The notes beneath the pieces were generated by a model. It did not search any database and was not told the DNA's origin. It saw only the letters and a program-made list of their open reading frames with translations. Positions 32,583-42,698 of a DNA stretch of 64,000 nt are shown here, in pieces; within the stretch, counting starts at the first letter, position 1, and the number at the start of each line of letters is the position of its first letter. Origin of the DNA: Candidatus Omnitrophota bacterium (lineage in GTDB: Bacteria > Omnitrophota > Gorgyraeia > JAHJTE01); assembly GCA_040753675.1 (NCBI GenBank), contig JBFMEB010000002.1, positions 41,888 through 105,887 of the forward strand. The letters are read 5' to 3'. Position numbers and translations under genes: made by a program.

Positions 32583-33614
32583 TTAATAATTTATCTGACT
32601 TATTTTTTCTTCTATTTTATTGATCATACTCTTCGGTAAAGGCGCATATAGCAAATCAGCAGAGTAGTCTTGTCCATCGGTAATAGCCCAACGCAAAAAT
32701 TCGACTATTTTTTTGCCTTTTACCGGGTCATTCTGATTCTTATAGACTAAAATCCAGGTAAATCCACTAATAGGATAGGCATCCTTTCCGTCGGGATCTA
32801 CCAAAGAAACCCTAAAATCAGCTGGCATAGAATTGACCTTTCCATTTACTGCCGCTGTAGTTGATTCTATGCTGGGTGCTATGAAATTTCCGGATTTATT
32901 TTTGATATCCGCGTAGGGAAGATTGTTTTTAACAGCATATGCGAGTTCCACATAACCTATCGAGCCAGGCGTCTGTTTAACCAAGCCTGCAACCCCTTCA
33001 TTGCCTTTTCCGCCCAATCCCACAGGCCAGTTAACAGAGGTGCCTTTTCCAACCTTAGACTTCCAAGTTTTCGACACTTCGGAAAGATAATCGGTAAAGA
33101 TATTGGTTGTTCCGCTTCCGTCTGAACGATGGGCAACAATAATATTTTCATTGGGCAGGTTTGCGCCAGGATTATCTTTAGATATCCGCGGGTCACTCCA
33201 TTTGGTGATTTTACCAAGAAAAATATCGGCCAATACATCCGGACTAAACCTTAAGCGTTGGCTTACCTGATTAAGGTTATACGTAACTACTACAGCGCCC
33301 GCAGTCATTGGTATATGGAATAATTCACCGGGAGCTTGTTTTAACTGCTCATCGGTCAGCGCTCCGTCAGATGCGCCAAAATCCACAGTCTGAGCCGTTA
33401 TCTGTTTTATCCCGCCTCCCGAACCAATAGACTGATAGTTAAAATTGACAGTGGGATCGACCTTGGTATATTCATAGAACCACTTTGAATATAGAGGATA
33501 GGGGAAAGTTGCTCCCGCCCCGTTTATCAAAAGCAGTTTTGCAGCTAAAGCTACGCCCCCCATAAGGCCTGTTACTATTAACCCTACAATTAATCCTAAC
33601 AATTTCTTCCTCAT
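32583..33614 (-). CDS. pstS: phosphate-binding protein PstS
   Basis: Signal peptide. PBP fold motifs GAGATFPYP, SDG. Start set at MRKKLLGL rather than the longer track ORF. Confidence 0.9.
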   Translation of the reverse strand: MRKKLLGLIVGLIVTGLMGGVALAAKLLLINGAGATFPYPLYSKWFYEYTKVDPTVNFNYQSIGSGGGIKQITAQTVDFGASDGALTDEQLKQAPGELFHIPMTAGAVVVTYNLNQVSQRLRFSPDVLADIFLGKITKWSDPRISKDNPGANLPNENIIVAHRSDGSGTTNIFTDYLSEVSKTWKSKVGKGTSVNWPVGLGGKGNEGVAGLVKQTPGSIGYVELAYAVKNNLPYADIKNKSGNFIAPSIESTTAAVNGKVNSMPADFRVSLVDPDGKDAYPISGFTWILVYKNQNDPVKGKKIVEFLRWAITDGQDYSADLLYAPLPKSMINKIEEKISQINY

Positions 33615-33718
33615 TTTATAACCCTCCTTTTTGATTTTGCATTTTTCATCTTTTCTTTTCAAAGTTTAACATTCGGCTGTGACAATCCTGTGACAAAAAA
33701 GTAAATTCTTTGAAAACT

Positions 33719-34984
33719 TTAAAATTTGAAATTTAAATCTGCCTGAAAGAGATTCTCTGTCTTATCTGGGGTGCTGGTTAAATCAGTATGATAGTAATCC
33801 AGCTCCAGATTCCAGTTCTTGCCTAAACCATAAGTAAGCAGTACCTCGTGTCCTCTTATGCCAGTTCTGCCGCCGTACCTGTCTGAATCTGGAAATACAT
33901 CTGGCCAGGCATACGTTCCAAGGAGCGTATGGGTGTATCTGAACTGCCATTGGCCAAAATCTTTTACTTTTTTATGGCCAAGCCTAACACCTCCCATATA
34001 CCCATTTTTGGATTGCTTGGCATCGAGATTATGGATGTATTCGCCAAAAAACCCAAGATAAGGCAGAGCACTTAAACCAAGAGGTTCTTTAACTCCTAAT
34101 TCAATAGTGGGACTAATGGAATTAAAATCTCCTCCACCATTTGTCACAGCTGTATTGTTATTTGTGTTATGGTTTAAGGTTGCGCCTCCTACTTTCTTAA
34201 ATCCATAATAGGTTGTTGCTAAATTCAAATCTAAGCCATCGTTTATCTTCCATTTTAAACCTGGTTGGAATACATACATTAATGGGTCAGCAGTTGCAGA
34301 ATTTTCATCCAACAAAAAAAGGGCTGTATTCATGTATGGCTCAAGATTTGGATTTAGTTTCCATTTAAGCTTACCCGCCACACCTTCAGGATGGATATCT
34401 GTATCCCAGAGCATATCACCTGGCTCCCAAATGGGATTTGCCATTCTACCGCCAAAAAATGTTGCCCATTTGAAAGGCGCATATTCAGCATAGGCATAAT
34501 CGAGGCGGATATCTTTAAGCTCAAAGGTGTTTTCTAAGGTCTGATTGGTTGAACGCGGGTCGGTTCCGCCGCTGGCCAATCCAAAATGCGCTTTGATTTG
34601 ATCATTAACCTTGGCCTCTGCGCCAACCCTAAACCTTATCCTTCCTCGCTCCCGCTCAGTAGTATTTCCCATGTTTAGATTGCTTCCTTTTCTCTTTTCA
34701 TTTTGGTAGCGCAACCTGAAATCGCCTTTGAGTTTTATGTTTTTTGCCCAATCAGGCATATTATCTTTTGCCAGTTTTTTATAGTCTTCCTGTTTCTGCT
34801 TTTCCATTTTGGCTATTTCTTCATTCGTCTCGGTTCTAACTTCTTGTGCTTCAGAAGCGCTTAAAATACCTTTTTCTACCAGTTTCTGCAGAAGAACGTC
34901 AACTTCACCGGCATATGACGGTCTTATCCCCAAGCACACCCCTAGAAATCCGATTAACACAAATACAACAAAACTTTTCTTCAT
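33719..34984 (-). CDS. outer-membrane porin, probably phosphate-selective (OprO/P-like)
   Basis: Signal peptide after MKKSFVV, coiled N-terminal region, beta-barrel with C-terminal NFKF. Head of the pst operon. Start set at the internal Met. Confidence 0.55.
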   Translation of the reverse strand: MKKSFVVFVLIGFLGVCLGIRPSYAGEVDVLLQKLVEKGILSASEAQEVRTETNEEIAKMEKQKQEDYKKLAKDNMPDWAKNIKLKGDFRLRYQNEKRKGSNLNMGNTTERERGRIRFRVGAEAKVNDQIKAHFGLASGGTDPRSTNQTLENTFELKDIRLDYAYAEYAPFKWATFFGGRMANPIWEPGDMLWDTDIHPEGVAGKLKWKLNPNLEPYMNTALFLLDENSATADPLMYVFQPGLKWKINDGLDLNLATTYYGFKKVGGATLNHNTNNNTAVTNGGGDFNSISPTIELGVKEPLGLSALPYLGFFGEYIHNLDAKQSKNGYMGGVRLGHKKVKDFGQWQFRYTHTLLGTYAWPDVFPDSDRYGGRTGIRGHEVLLTYGLGKNWNLELDYYHTDLTSTPDKTENLFQADLNFKF

Positions 34985-35042
34985 TTGGCTTCCTCCTTTT
35001 AATGACCAATTTTTCTGATTTGACGTATATTCAACATCTCCT

Positions 35043-35483
35043 TCATTTCGATATACCACCTCCTTCTCCTGAATTGACCGAAAATGTTTTGTCTCTTATC
35101 CCAGTTAATTCCTTAATAATATCCATCAACTTGGCAACACTGAAAGGCTTGGTGAGGTAATAATCTGCACCTATGATGTTGCCGTAAATCTTATCCAGAG
35201 GCTGAACTCTAGCAGTCAAAACTACTACAAATGTCTTGAACGCTGCCGGATTCTCTTTAATAAACTCACATATACGAAAGCCGTCGATTCCCGGAAGCAT
35301 AATATCCAAGACCACTACGTCAAAAATGTCTTTTGAGAGCTTCTCTTTCGCAGAAATCCCATCAAAAACACTCTCAACTGTGTAGCCATTCTTTAAGAGG
35401 TTGTACGAAATGAGCTTGTTGAGGCTTGCGTCGTCCTCGACAACCATTATTCTTTTTGCTTTCTTTGCTATCGCTGTTTTCAT
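35043..35483 (-). CDS. single-domain response regulator (CheY-like receiver)
   Basis: 146 aa. Receiver Asp pocket (VVEDD...D...LPGIDG...K). Confidence 0.8.
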   Translation of the reverse strand: MKTAIAKKAKRIMVVEDDASLNKLISYNLLKNGYTVESVFDGISAKEKLSKDIFDVVVLDIMLPGIDGFRICEFIKENPAAFKTFVVVLTARVQPLDKIYGNIIGADYYLTKPFSVAKLMDIIKELTGIRDKTFSVNSGEGGGISK

Positions 35484-35564
35484 AATCTATTTTACTTTCA
35501 GCATTAAGCTTACAAAATTATTGTTACAAAATCCTTAAACGACTGTGAACTTTCTGCAAACTCT

Positions 35565-36257
35565 TTAAATTTCAACCTTATATCCTTCCCCCTTGATTGT
35601 CTTAATAAATTGAGGATTATTCGGATCTTTTTCTATTTTTTCTCTTAAATGCCTTATATGGACATCGATATTGCCGTACTCAACGATTTTGTCTTGCCAG
35701 ACTGCATCAGAGATTTGTTCATGAGTAAGAAGCTCACCTTTTCTCTCTATAAGCACCTTGAGAATCGCTGCTTCTTTATTTGTAAGGTATATCTCTTTAC
35801 CTTTCACTCTCACTGTAGAATCCACAAAATCAATCTCAATTCCATTAAAAGTATATTTTCTAGGTAACATGGGAGGTTTTTCGGCTCTGGCTAAAACTCT
35901 CTTTACTCTTGCCACAAGCTCCCTGGGGCTAAATGGCTTGGTAACATAATCATCCGCGCCAACCTCAAACCCTTTGAGTTTATCTTCGGTCTCGGCGCGG
36001 CAGGTAAGCATTATTACGAGGATGTCCTTTGTCTTTTGAGTTTCTCTTAAGCGTTTACAAACTTCCCAGCCATCTATCTTGGGAAGCATTAAATCTAAAA
36101 TCATTAGGTCAGGCAATTCTCTTTCGGCTATTTTGAGTGCCTCTTCTCCGTCATCGCAAGATAGAACATCGTAGCCCAACATTTTTATATGCAGGCTCAC
36201 TAAAGCAACTAGTTCCTTCTCATCATCAACGATTAAGATTTTCTTTTTACTAGACAT
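35565..36257 (-). CDS. OmpR-family response regulator (PhoB-like)
   Basis: Receiver plus winged-helix trans_reg_C domain. Confidence 0.85.
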   Translation of the reverse strand: MSSKKKILIVDDEKELVALVSLHIKMLGYDVLSCDDGEEALKIAERELPDLMILDLMLPKIDGWEVCKRLRETQKTKDILVIMLTCRAETEDKLKGFEVGADDYVTKPFSPRELVARVKRVLARAEKPPMLPRKYTFNGIEIDFVDSTVRVKGKEIYLTNKEAAILKVLIERKGELLTHEQISDAVWQDKIVEYGNIDVHIRHLREKIEKDPNNPQFIKTIKGEGYKVEI

Positions 36258-36362
36258 CTTCTTTTATTGTTTTGTCAAGGAAAGTATAACTTATGGGTGT
36301 GACAAAATCCTTAAGGGAATGTAAATTTTGTGTGAAGTTAAGAATGTAGAATTAGGTGAGGA

Positions 36363-37535
36363 TTAAGCTTGAGGAATGGTAAAGCTAAAAGTAGAGCCCT
36401 GGCCAAATTCTGATTTGACCCAGACTTGGCCTTCGTGAGCCTGGACAATGTGCTTTACAATGGAAAGCCCTAATCCAGTCCCACCAAGTTCTCTTGAGCG
36501 GGCTTTATCTACACGATAGAATCTCTCAAAGATGCGAGGAAGGTCTTTTTCCGGAATGCCTATGCCGGTATCTTCTATCTCTACTTGTACGAATCTATCT
36601 TTTTTAGATACAGTGATTGAAACCTTGCCTCCGTCAGGGGTATATTTTATGGCATTGTCCAAGAGATTTAGAACAACCTGGGATATCCTTGTCTCATCAG
36701 CTAAGACCTTAGGTAAACTAGCTGTGACATTTAAACTTATGGAGATAGACTTTCTTTTTGCTTGCGCCTCCAATACCTTCATTGTGCGTTTTATTACCTC
36801 TAAGATATCAACGGGCAAGAAGACCATCTTTAATTTTCCGGATTCTATCTTGGATAGATCCAAAAGGTCGTCAATTAATTTTGCCAAGCGGTCGCTATCG
36901 CGATAAATTATTTCTATAAAATCCTTGGCATTATCTTTATCCTGTATCGCCCCCTCTAAAAGTGTCTCGGCATATCCTTTTATGCTGGTTAAAGGAGTGC
37001 GCAGTTCATGGGAAACATTGGCCACAAAATCCTGACGGATTCTTTCCAGCCGCCTTAATTCAGTAATGTCGTGAAAAACTAAAATTGCGCCTTCTACTGT
37101 ATCATCCCTAACAATGGGAGCACTATTAATTTTGAGCACCTTTTCTTCCGGGGTAAAAAGCTGTATCTCTTCCGAGACTAATTTTTGCTCTCCTTTAAGT
37201 GTCCTGTCTACAATATCACAAACCTTGACATTGCGGATTATTTCTAAGGGTGTTTTGCCTTCAGGAGAGGTATCTATAAAAAATGTCTTTCTTAAAGAGG
37301 AGTTCATCAAGAGGATTTCTCCCGCTTTATTAACTACCAACACCCCTTCGAACATACTTGAAAGCACAGTCTCTAACTTTGCTTGGCCTGTAGAGTGGGT
37401 TTCTATCTTTTCCTTTAATTTCGCCTCCTTCTCCTCCAAGGATAATTTTAGCCTTTGCACAAGCCTGGCTTGCCTGGATTGTTTAAATAATAAGATTAAA
37501 ATTACAAGAATTAAGAAAATTATAAAATAGGGCAT
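36363..37535 (-). CDS. sensor histidine kinase (PhoR-like): TM, PAS, HisKA, HATPase_c
   Basis: H-box SHELRTPL, N/G1/G2 boxes (DTGIGI, GGTGLGL). Confidence 0.85.
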   Translation of the reverse strand: MPYFIIFLILVILILLFKQSRQARLVQRLKLSLEEKEAKLKEKIETHSTGQAKLETVLSSMFEGVLVVNKAGEILLMNSSLRKTFFIDTSPEGKTPLEIIRNVKVCDIVDRTLKGEQKLVSEEIQLFTPEEKVLKINSAPIVRDDTVEGAILVFHDITELRRLERIRQDFVANVSHELRTPLTSIKGYAETLLEGAIQDKDNAKDFIEIIYRDSDRLAKLIDDLLDLSKIESGKLKMVFLPVDILEVIKRTMKVLEAQAKRKSISISLNVTASLPKVLADETRISQVVLNLLDNAIKYTPDGGKVSITVSKKDRFVQVEIEDTGIGIPEKDLPRIFERFYRVDKARSRELGGTGLGLSIVKHIVQAHEGQVWVKSEFGQGSTFSFTIPQA

Positions 37536-37538
37536 ATT

Positions 37539-38225
37539 CTAATCTTCTTCTTTGAACCTGTATCCTAATCCGCGCACAGTCTCAATCAGATTGCCGAGTT
37601 TACCTAATTTCTCTCTTAGGCGTTTAATATGGGTATCTACGGTGCGGGTGTCAACTTCTGCATGGATATCCCAAATATCAGATAATAATCTATCCCTGGT
37701 CTGGACTCGGCCCTGCCTTTCGATGAGGGTAACTAACAACTTAAACTCTAAAGGCGACAGTTCTATCTCTTTTTGATTTATGGTAGCTTTGTGTTTGGGT
37801 ATATCTACAATTAGATTATTTACTTTTAGAATATCCTTTTTTGATTCCTCTAACTTACCTCTTTTTAAAATCGCCTTTACCCTTAAGACTAACTCCCTTG
37901 GACTAAATGGTTTGACTATATAGTCATCTGCCCCAAGCTCTAAACCCACGATCCTATCTACCTCTTCACCCTTAGCCGTAAGCATTACTATCGGGATATT
38001 TTTAAGTTTTGGGTCTTGTTTTATGAGGCGGCAGGTCTCAAATCCATCCATCTTAGGAAGCATAATATCCAGAATAATTAAGTCTATGGGAAATTTACTC
38101 AAGACCTCTAACGCCTCTTCGCCGGTTATGGCTGTAAGACATTCAAAATCTTGCTTCTCTAAATTATATTTGACGAGTTTAGAAATATTTTTATCGTCTT
38201 CGACTATTAAAATCTTTTCTCTCAT
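37539..38225 (-). CDS. OmpR-family response regulator (PhoB/PhoP-like)
   Basis: Receiver plus winged helix. 4 bp from the kinase gene. Confidence 0.85.
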   Translation of the reverse strand: MREKILIVEDDKNISKLVKYNLEKQDFECLTAITGEEALEVLSKFPIDLIILDIMLPKMDGFETCRLIKQDPKLKNIPIVMLTAKGEEVDRIVGLELGADDYIVKPFSPRELVLRVKAILKRGKLEESKKDILKVNNLIVDIPKHKATINQKEIELSPLEFKLLVTLIERQGRVQTRDRLLSDIWDIHAEVDTRTVDTHIKRLREKLGKLGNLIETVRGLGYRFKEED

Positions 38226-38301
38226 TATTTTTGTACTTTTCTATTTATGTACATATTGCTATTGTTTTTCCTTTTGTCCATATTTCAGCATAAACAAAAA
38301 A

Positions 38302-38478
38302 CTACTTATTTGTCCTTACCTTGACAAACTCCTCTAAATCCTCTGGCTTAATCCTCCACTTCTTCATTTTAGTAGCTCTTAGTTGTTTGTTCTGGATAAG
38401 GTCACGAATCCAATCCTCGGTAACATCCAGTCTTTTAGCCACTTCTTTGACAGTAAGATATTTGGTAAGGTCAACCAT
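38302..38478 (-). CDS. excisionase/AlpA-type helix-turn-helix protein (58 aa)
   Basis: Hand-translated MVDLTKYLTVKEVAKRLDVTEDWIRDLIQNKQLRATKMKKWRIKPEDLEEFVKVRTNK. Typical Xis-family HTH. Below the track cutoff. Confidence 0.5.
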   Translation of the reverse strand: MVDLTKYLTVKEVAKRLDVTEDWIRDLIQNKQLRATKMKKWRIKPEDLEEFVKVRTNK

Positions 38479-38584
38479 AGTTTAGACTCCTAATAAATGC
38501 AGGGAAATATACGATTTGGTAACTTCCTATTGCTTACTATTGTATATCTTTAAGGTTGGAATGTCAAATAAACAAATCGTCTCT

Positions 38585-39343
38585 TTACCACCTCTTACAC
38601 AATTCCCTATACCCACATATCCCGCAGAAGTAATTTTCATCCGGGTAGAATATCCCAGTCTTTATCGCTTTAGAGACATAAGCGAGGATTTTAAGGAAGC
38701 GGTCTAAGTCTTGCTGTGTGCGCTGGGTAGTTAGTTGCTGGACTTTAGGCTTTTTGGTTCTGACCATTACATCAAAGCGAAGGGCCTTTTCTTTTAGGCC
38801 TAAGGCATGGCGGTAGGCAAGGGAATAGCAGGTAATCTGAAGGTCTGTGTTGATATTTTCTTCCGGCATAGAGCGCTTGGTAGTTTTATGGTCAATGATA
38901 ATGTCTTGGTTATCTACAAGATCAAGCTTTCCTTTTAAGGTATAGTCAACGTTCTGGAAGGAGAGGTCAAAGTCTTTCTCTACAACTTTGGGCTGAATAG
39001 TAGGTGAGATTTGGTTGTGGTAAGTAGTAATAAGGCCAACTCCTTCGTCTTTGACTTGGCCGGGCTTTTCGCCTTCTTCAAAGACCGTTTCCTTTACCTC
39101 GGATTCCCACAGATCCGAGAATAAGTCAGTTACCTGTTTAACCGGAAGGTCCTGTTTTGTCTTTATCTTTTGGGAATAGTTTATCTCTAAGGCGGAGTGG
39201 ATAGAACGTCCTAAGGTAATAGCACTAACAGGTGGTATCTTTAGTCCGTCAACATAGCGGAACTTATACTGCAAGGGACAGCGAAGATACATTTTAATCT
39301 GAGTTATAGATAAGTGATTGTTATTCATCTTTTTTACCTCCAT
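38585..39343 (-). CDS. PD-(D/E)XK nuclease, Cas4/RecB-like with Fe-S cysteines (phage-type)
   Basis: N-terminal Cys (YLRCPLQY) plus C-terminal CGICGYRELC, as in the Cas4/DUF83 family. Confidence 0.65.
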   Translation of the reverse strand: MEVKKMNNNHLSITQIKMYLRCPLQYKFRYVDGLKIPPVSAITLGRSIHSALEINYSQKIKTKQDLPVKQVTDLFSDLWESEVKETVFEEGEKPGQVKDEGVGLITTYHNQISPTIQPKVVEKDFDLSFQNVDYTLKGKLDLVDNQDIIIDHKTTKRSMPEENINTDLQITCYSLAYRHALGLKEKALRFDVMVRTKKPKVQQLTTQRTQQDLDRFLKILAYVSKAIKTGIFYPDENYFCGICGYRELCKRW

Positions 39344-39421
39344 CTTAATATGTCAATAAAGGGTCATTTTGTGACAGAAAAAGTAGGGCGGGCCCTCGAA
39401 TGAGAACCCGCCCCTTTCAAA

Positions 39422-39835
39422 CTAAACTGCCACTGCCATCAACTCATCGATTTTCTCAGATGCCTCCTGCATCGTGAGATTGTTTAGCCCCTCGATGAAT
39501 TGGCCTCTTTCTTTGGCAAGCCGGATAATAAGCGACTTCTGCTTGCCTGTTGCAGGAGCGTCAGGGTCCTTAAGCTGAGGCTTGCCGTTGCCGTTCTTTT
39601 CCCTTCGACTTTGCTCATGGCGAGTCGGCTGAGGCACCGTAACTTCCTCCTTAGGCGGAAACTCCAAAGGATCAGCGTCAGGATTAAGCTGGCGCTGAAT
39701 GGCGGCCTTTGCCAAAGCGAAGAGCTCATCAACGACTGTGTCAGCTTTATCTTTCGGCACGTCGCCGACTGTTTCAAAAGTGACTGAATAGGTATCACCG
39801 TTATTTTTGTAACCGTAATTCGCTAAGATTCTCAT
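39422..39835 (-). CDS. hypothetical phage protein
   Basis: ORF only. Acidic/Pro-rich centre. Confidence 0.35.
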   Translation of the reverse strand: MRILANYGYKNNGDTYSVTFETVGDVPKDKADTVVDELFALAKAAIQRQLNPDADPLEFPPKEEVTVPQPTRHEQSRREKNGNGKPQLKDPDAPATGKQKSLIIRLAKERGQFIEGLNNLTMQEASEKIDELMAVAV

Positions 39836-39852
39836 GGCATTTACCTCCTGTT

Positions 39853-40080
39853 TTAGAATCCCTTGTACCAGGATTCATTTTTAACGTTATCGCCTTGTCT
39901 GTGTGAACTGATAGGCTTAATTGTGCCAAGGCATTTTTTACACATAAGCCCATACTCCGTAGAAAAGCAATCCTCAACTGCAATGCCATCCTCATCAACG
40001 AGGAATTTATCGCAGTAATCACATACGCGAGGATCGCCTTCCTGAAGCGTTACTTTAATGATGAAAGGGTTATCATCCAT
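39853..40080 (-). CDS. small zinc-ribbon protein
   Basis: CDYC ... CKKC pairs. Confidence 0.3.
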   Translation of the reverse strand: MDDNPFIIKVTLQEGDPRVCDYCDKFLVDEDGIAVEDCFSTEYGLMCKKCLGTIKPISSHRQGDNVKNESWYKGF

Positions 40081-40095
40081 AGACTAATCACCTCT

Positions 40096-40383
40096 TCAAA
40101 GTTCGATTGCCTTGAGGTGGGCAACCGTCCATTTCTCTTTTTCTTCCAAGTTCTTTCCCCAGCCCATACGCAGAGCCTCTTGGTGGGTGGGGATATCGGT
40201 AAGCTCAATGAAAGAGTTAGACTTTACATAGTCAATGTGCTTACAGTGACGATAGTAAAGCCAGCCCTTGCAGTTACAGGAGAGCTCACCGGTAGAAAGC
40301 TTCCGTTTCACGAAATAAACATCACCTCCTTTTTTGGACTTGAATTTCGCTAAGGTCTCATATTTAAGGGCCATCTTCATCAC
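40096..40383 (-). CDS. SWIM zinc-finger protein
   Basis: CxCx(n)CxH pattern SCNCKGWLYYRHCKH. Confidence 0.45.
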   Translation of the reverse strand: MMKMALKYETLAKFKSKKGGDVYFVKRKLSTGELSCNCKGWLYYRHCKHIDYVKSNSFIELTDIPTHQEALRMGWGKNLEEKEKWTVAHLKAIEL

Positions 40384-40850
40384 CTCCCCTCATGAATGAC
40401 TGAGACCTCTAAACCTGCTTTCTGGGCAGCCTCAAAGGTAAATTTAGTACCCCTGGACTTACCGTCCCAGATGGCAAAGCACTCTTTTGATAAGCCGACC
40501 ATATAGAGATTGCGGGCAAGATAGGTAGAAGATAGCCTGATAACTTTACCGACTTTATCTAAAGCAAACTCATTACGGCACCTGCCGTGAGCGCCGACAA
40601 CAGTAACATGCTTGCCATAGCCGCGCCTAATTGCCTCGGCGACAACAAGGCGGTCAACACCGGGAGCATCGCCAACGACAATCTCAACGCCCCTATTGAT
40701 GAGCGTGTCAATGAGGAGCGATATATTTTCAGAGTGCGTAATGCTACGAGAGCCTGTAATAACCACATACTGCTTACTCATCGTTATCACCTCCCATAGT
40801 CTGGCCTTCGCCGTCTCTCTCGAAACCACAGTGCTCACACCAGGAGCCAT
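40380..40850 (-). CDS. SLOG/DUF2493-like Rossmann-fold protein (DprA/LOG superfamily)
   Basis: VVITGSRS...GDAPGVD...VTVVGAHG pattern typical of phage SLOG proteins. Confidence 0.45.
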   Translation of the reverse strand: MAPGVSTVVSRETAKARLWEVITMSKQYVVITGSRSITHSENISLLIDTLINRGVEIVVGDAPGVDRLVVAEAIRRGYGKHVTVVGAHGRCRNEFALDKVGKVIRLSSTYLARNLYMVGLSKECFAIWDGKSRGTKFTFEAAQKAGLEVSVIHEGR

Positions 40851-40902
40851 AACCTGGCATAATGTGGTAATCTGAACTATTGCAGACAGGACAACGCAAC
40901 AT

Positions 40903-41295
40903 CTAAATCACCTCCTCTAAGACATCACTGTGTCCCTGGACAAACTCCTCAAGAGACTCCCAAGCCTGAGGGACAAAGCCAGCTGAGATAAGCCGATGGA
41001 CATCCCTCATAAGACGACGCTCTTCTCTGACAGCAGAGGAACCAAAGGAATACGAAGGTAAATCCTCAAAAGAAGTGCGATACTGAGAATCGCGAGATGT
41101 AGAATATCTTTCCATACACGCATCCACACGCAACATGCCATCCTCAAACTTTCTTTCCTTTGCCGAACTATAAATATTTTTTTGCCGCATGGCGAACCTC
41201 CTTTCTTTTTTCGCCAAAAAAATAAGCCCAAGTATTTGACCCCGAAGGGTTACGCCACGATAGTGGCGTAATACCGAGCCTTTGAGGCAAACCAC
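40903..41295 (-). CDS. hypothetical protein
   Basis: ORF only. Confidence 0.35.
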   Translation of the reverse strand: MVCLKGSVLRHYRGVTLRGQILGLIFLAKKERRFAMRQKNIYSSAKERKFEDGMLRVDACMERYSTSRDSQYRTSFEDLPSYSFGSSAVREERRLMRDVHRLISAGFVPQAWESLEEFVQGHSDVLEEVI

Positions 41296-42124
41296 AAAGG
41301 CGAGGTAGAGATGAATTTTTCTAAAAAATTTTCTTGCACAAAAGTCAAATCTTGGGCATCTCTTAAAGCGAAAAAGAAAGGACGGTGAGGCAGAGGCAAA
41401 AAAGATACCTCAATCCGGTGAGGCAAAGGAAAGGACTAAAGAAGGATGGCGATGGATGCAGGATGAAGGAAAGCCGTTTTGGGGTCTGGGGCATTTTTCA
41501 AAAATGCCCCAGTGGGAGTTCAGAGGGCAAAGCCCTCTGACAGGCAGGCACTCTGCCGAAGACCGCCCTTACCTACTAAAAACTTGTATTTTTAAGGTGG
41601 TGAAATTCAGGTGGGGCGGGCTGAGGCAGAGGTGGACACGAGCGAGGCACAAAAAAGAGACACAAACTTTTCTCCCCTGTTGTTAAGGAACTCTCGGGAG
41701 AAAAGTTTTAGGGTTCGCCTGCTTGTCTTAAAGGCGAACGCTAAAAGTGTCTCTTAGCGAAAGCAAATCTTGCGAGTGAAACGAGCAAGTTTTGCGAAGC
41801 GATTTTTGTGCCGAGTGAGTGGACACGGCTGGCTTCGGCGTCGTTAGATACAGGTGATTTGAGGGATGGTGAGCTTGGTGAGGCGAAAACACCGAAGGTG
41901 GTTGAGCCCCGAGCACGCCAACCCGAAATGAGGAAAGCAGGCTAAGCCGAAGCCAGCCTGCCTGAAGTATATTGTTTATCTTCTATGTATAAATATACAA
42001 CAAAAAATTATCAGGATAAAAAATAGTAGTACTATTAGTGTCGAGAGGATATTCTTCACTTCCCTTTCAGCCTGTCTTTATAACTTTAACTAAGTTACTT
42101 AAACAACTATGCAAGTTAAAAAAG

Positions 42125-42577
42125 TTAGTGGAGTTTCAATTTCTTTACTGGTTCAATCTTTTCTTCAAGTTCCGTGCCACACTTAGGACATTTGCCTGGT
42201 TTTATATCAGAGATTTTACACATTGGGCATTCGTAGCGGACATCCTTCTCAATCAAATCGGATTTACACATCGGACATTTTCCCGGTTTATTCTGTGAGT
42301 AATCGCAAGTTGAACAGGAATATGTGTGGGCAACCTTTACCTTTTTTAGTTCCGTCTTGCAAGTTGGACAAATACCCGGCTTATCTTGTTCATATCCGCA
42401 ATTAGGGCACTGATAAACTTCCTTTATGCTCACCTTTGATTCTACCTCAGTGTCCTTTGTAACACCATTAGCTTCCTGTGCTTGTGCTTTAGGTATACAT
42501 CCTCCGCAGGCAAAAGATTTATACTGAGGACTAAATACTACCAAACCTCCTATTATTAAAATAAACAGCAACTTCAT
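42125..42577 (-). CDS. periplasmic protein with three tandem heavy-metal-binding (HMBD-like, YxCPxC..KPGxCPxC) repeats
   Basis: Signal peptide. Repeats YQCPNCGYEQDKPGICPTC, YSCSTCDYSQNKPGKCPMC, YECPMCKISDIKPGKCPKCG. Confidence 0.55.
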   Translation of the reverse strand: MKLLFILIIGGLVVFSPQYKSFACGGCIPKAQAQEANGVTKDTEVESKVSIKEVYQCPNCGYEQDKPGICPTCKTELKKVKVAHTYSCSTCDYSQNKPGKCPMCKSDLIEKDVRYECPMCKISDIKPGKCPKCGTELEEKIEPVKKLKLH

Positions 42578-42698
42578 AACTTATTCACCTCCTTTTCGAT
42601 TTCTCTTTTATCTCCCGCGCAAGAAAGAAGAAACAGCAGAAAATTATTATTGCAAAAAGCGATGCTCCCATGAAAATTAAAATGGACATTTTCATAAT

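Noticed and set aside
41456-41916. Two short ORFs (76 aa +, 62 aa -) in the GC-rich island
   Set aside because: Odd Arg/Gly/Trp-rich composition and no RBS. The region is dominated by perfect hairpins, so it is treated as non-coding.
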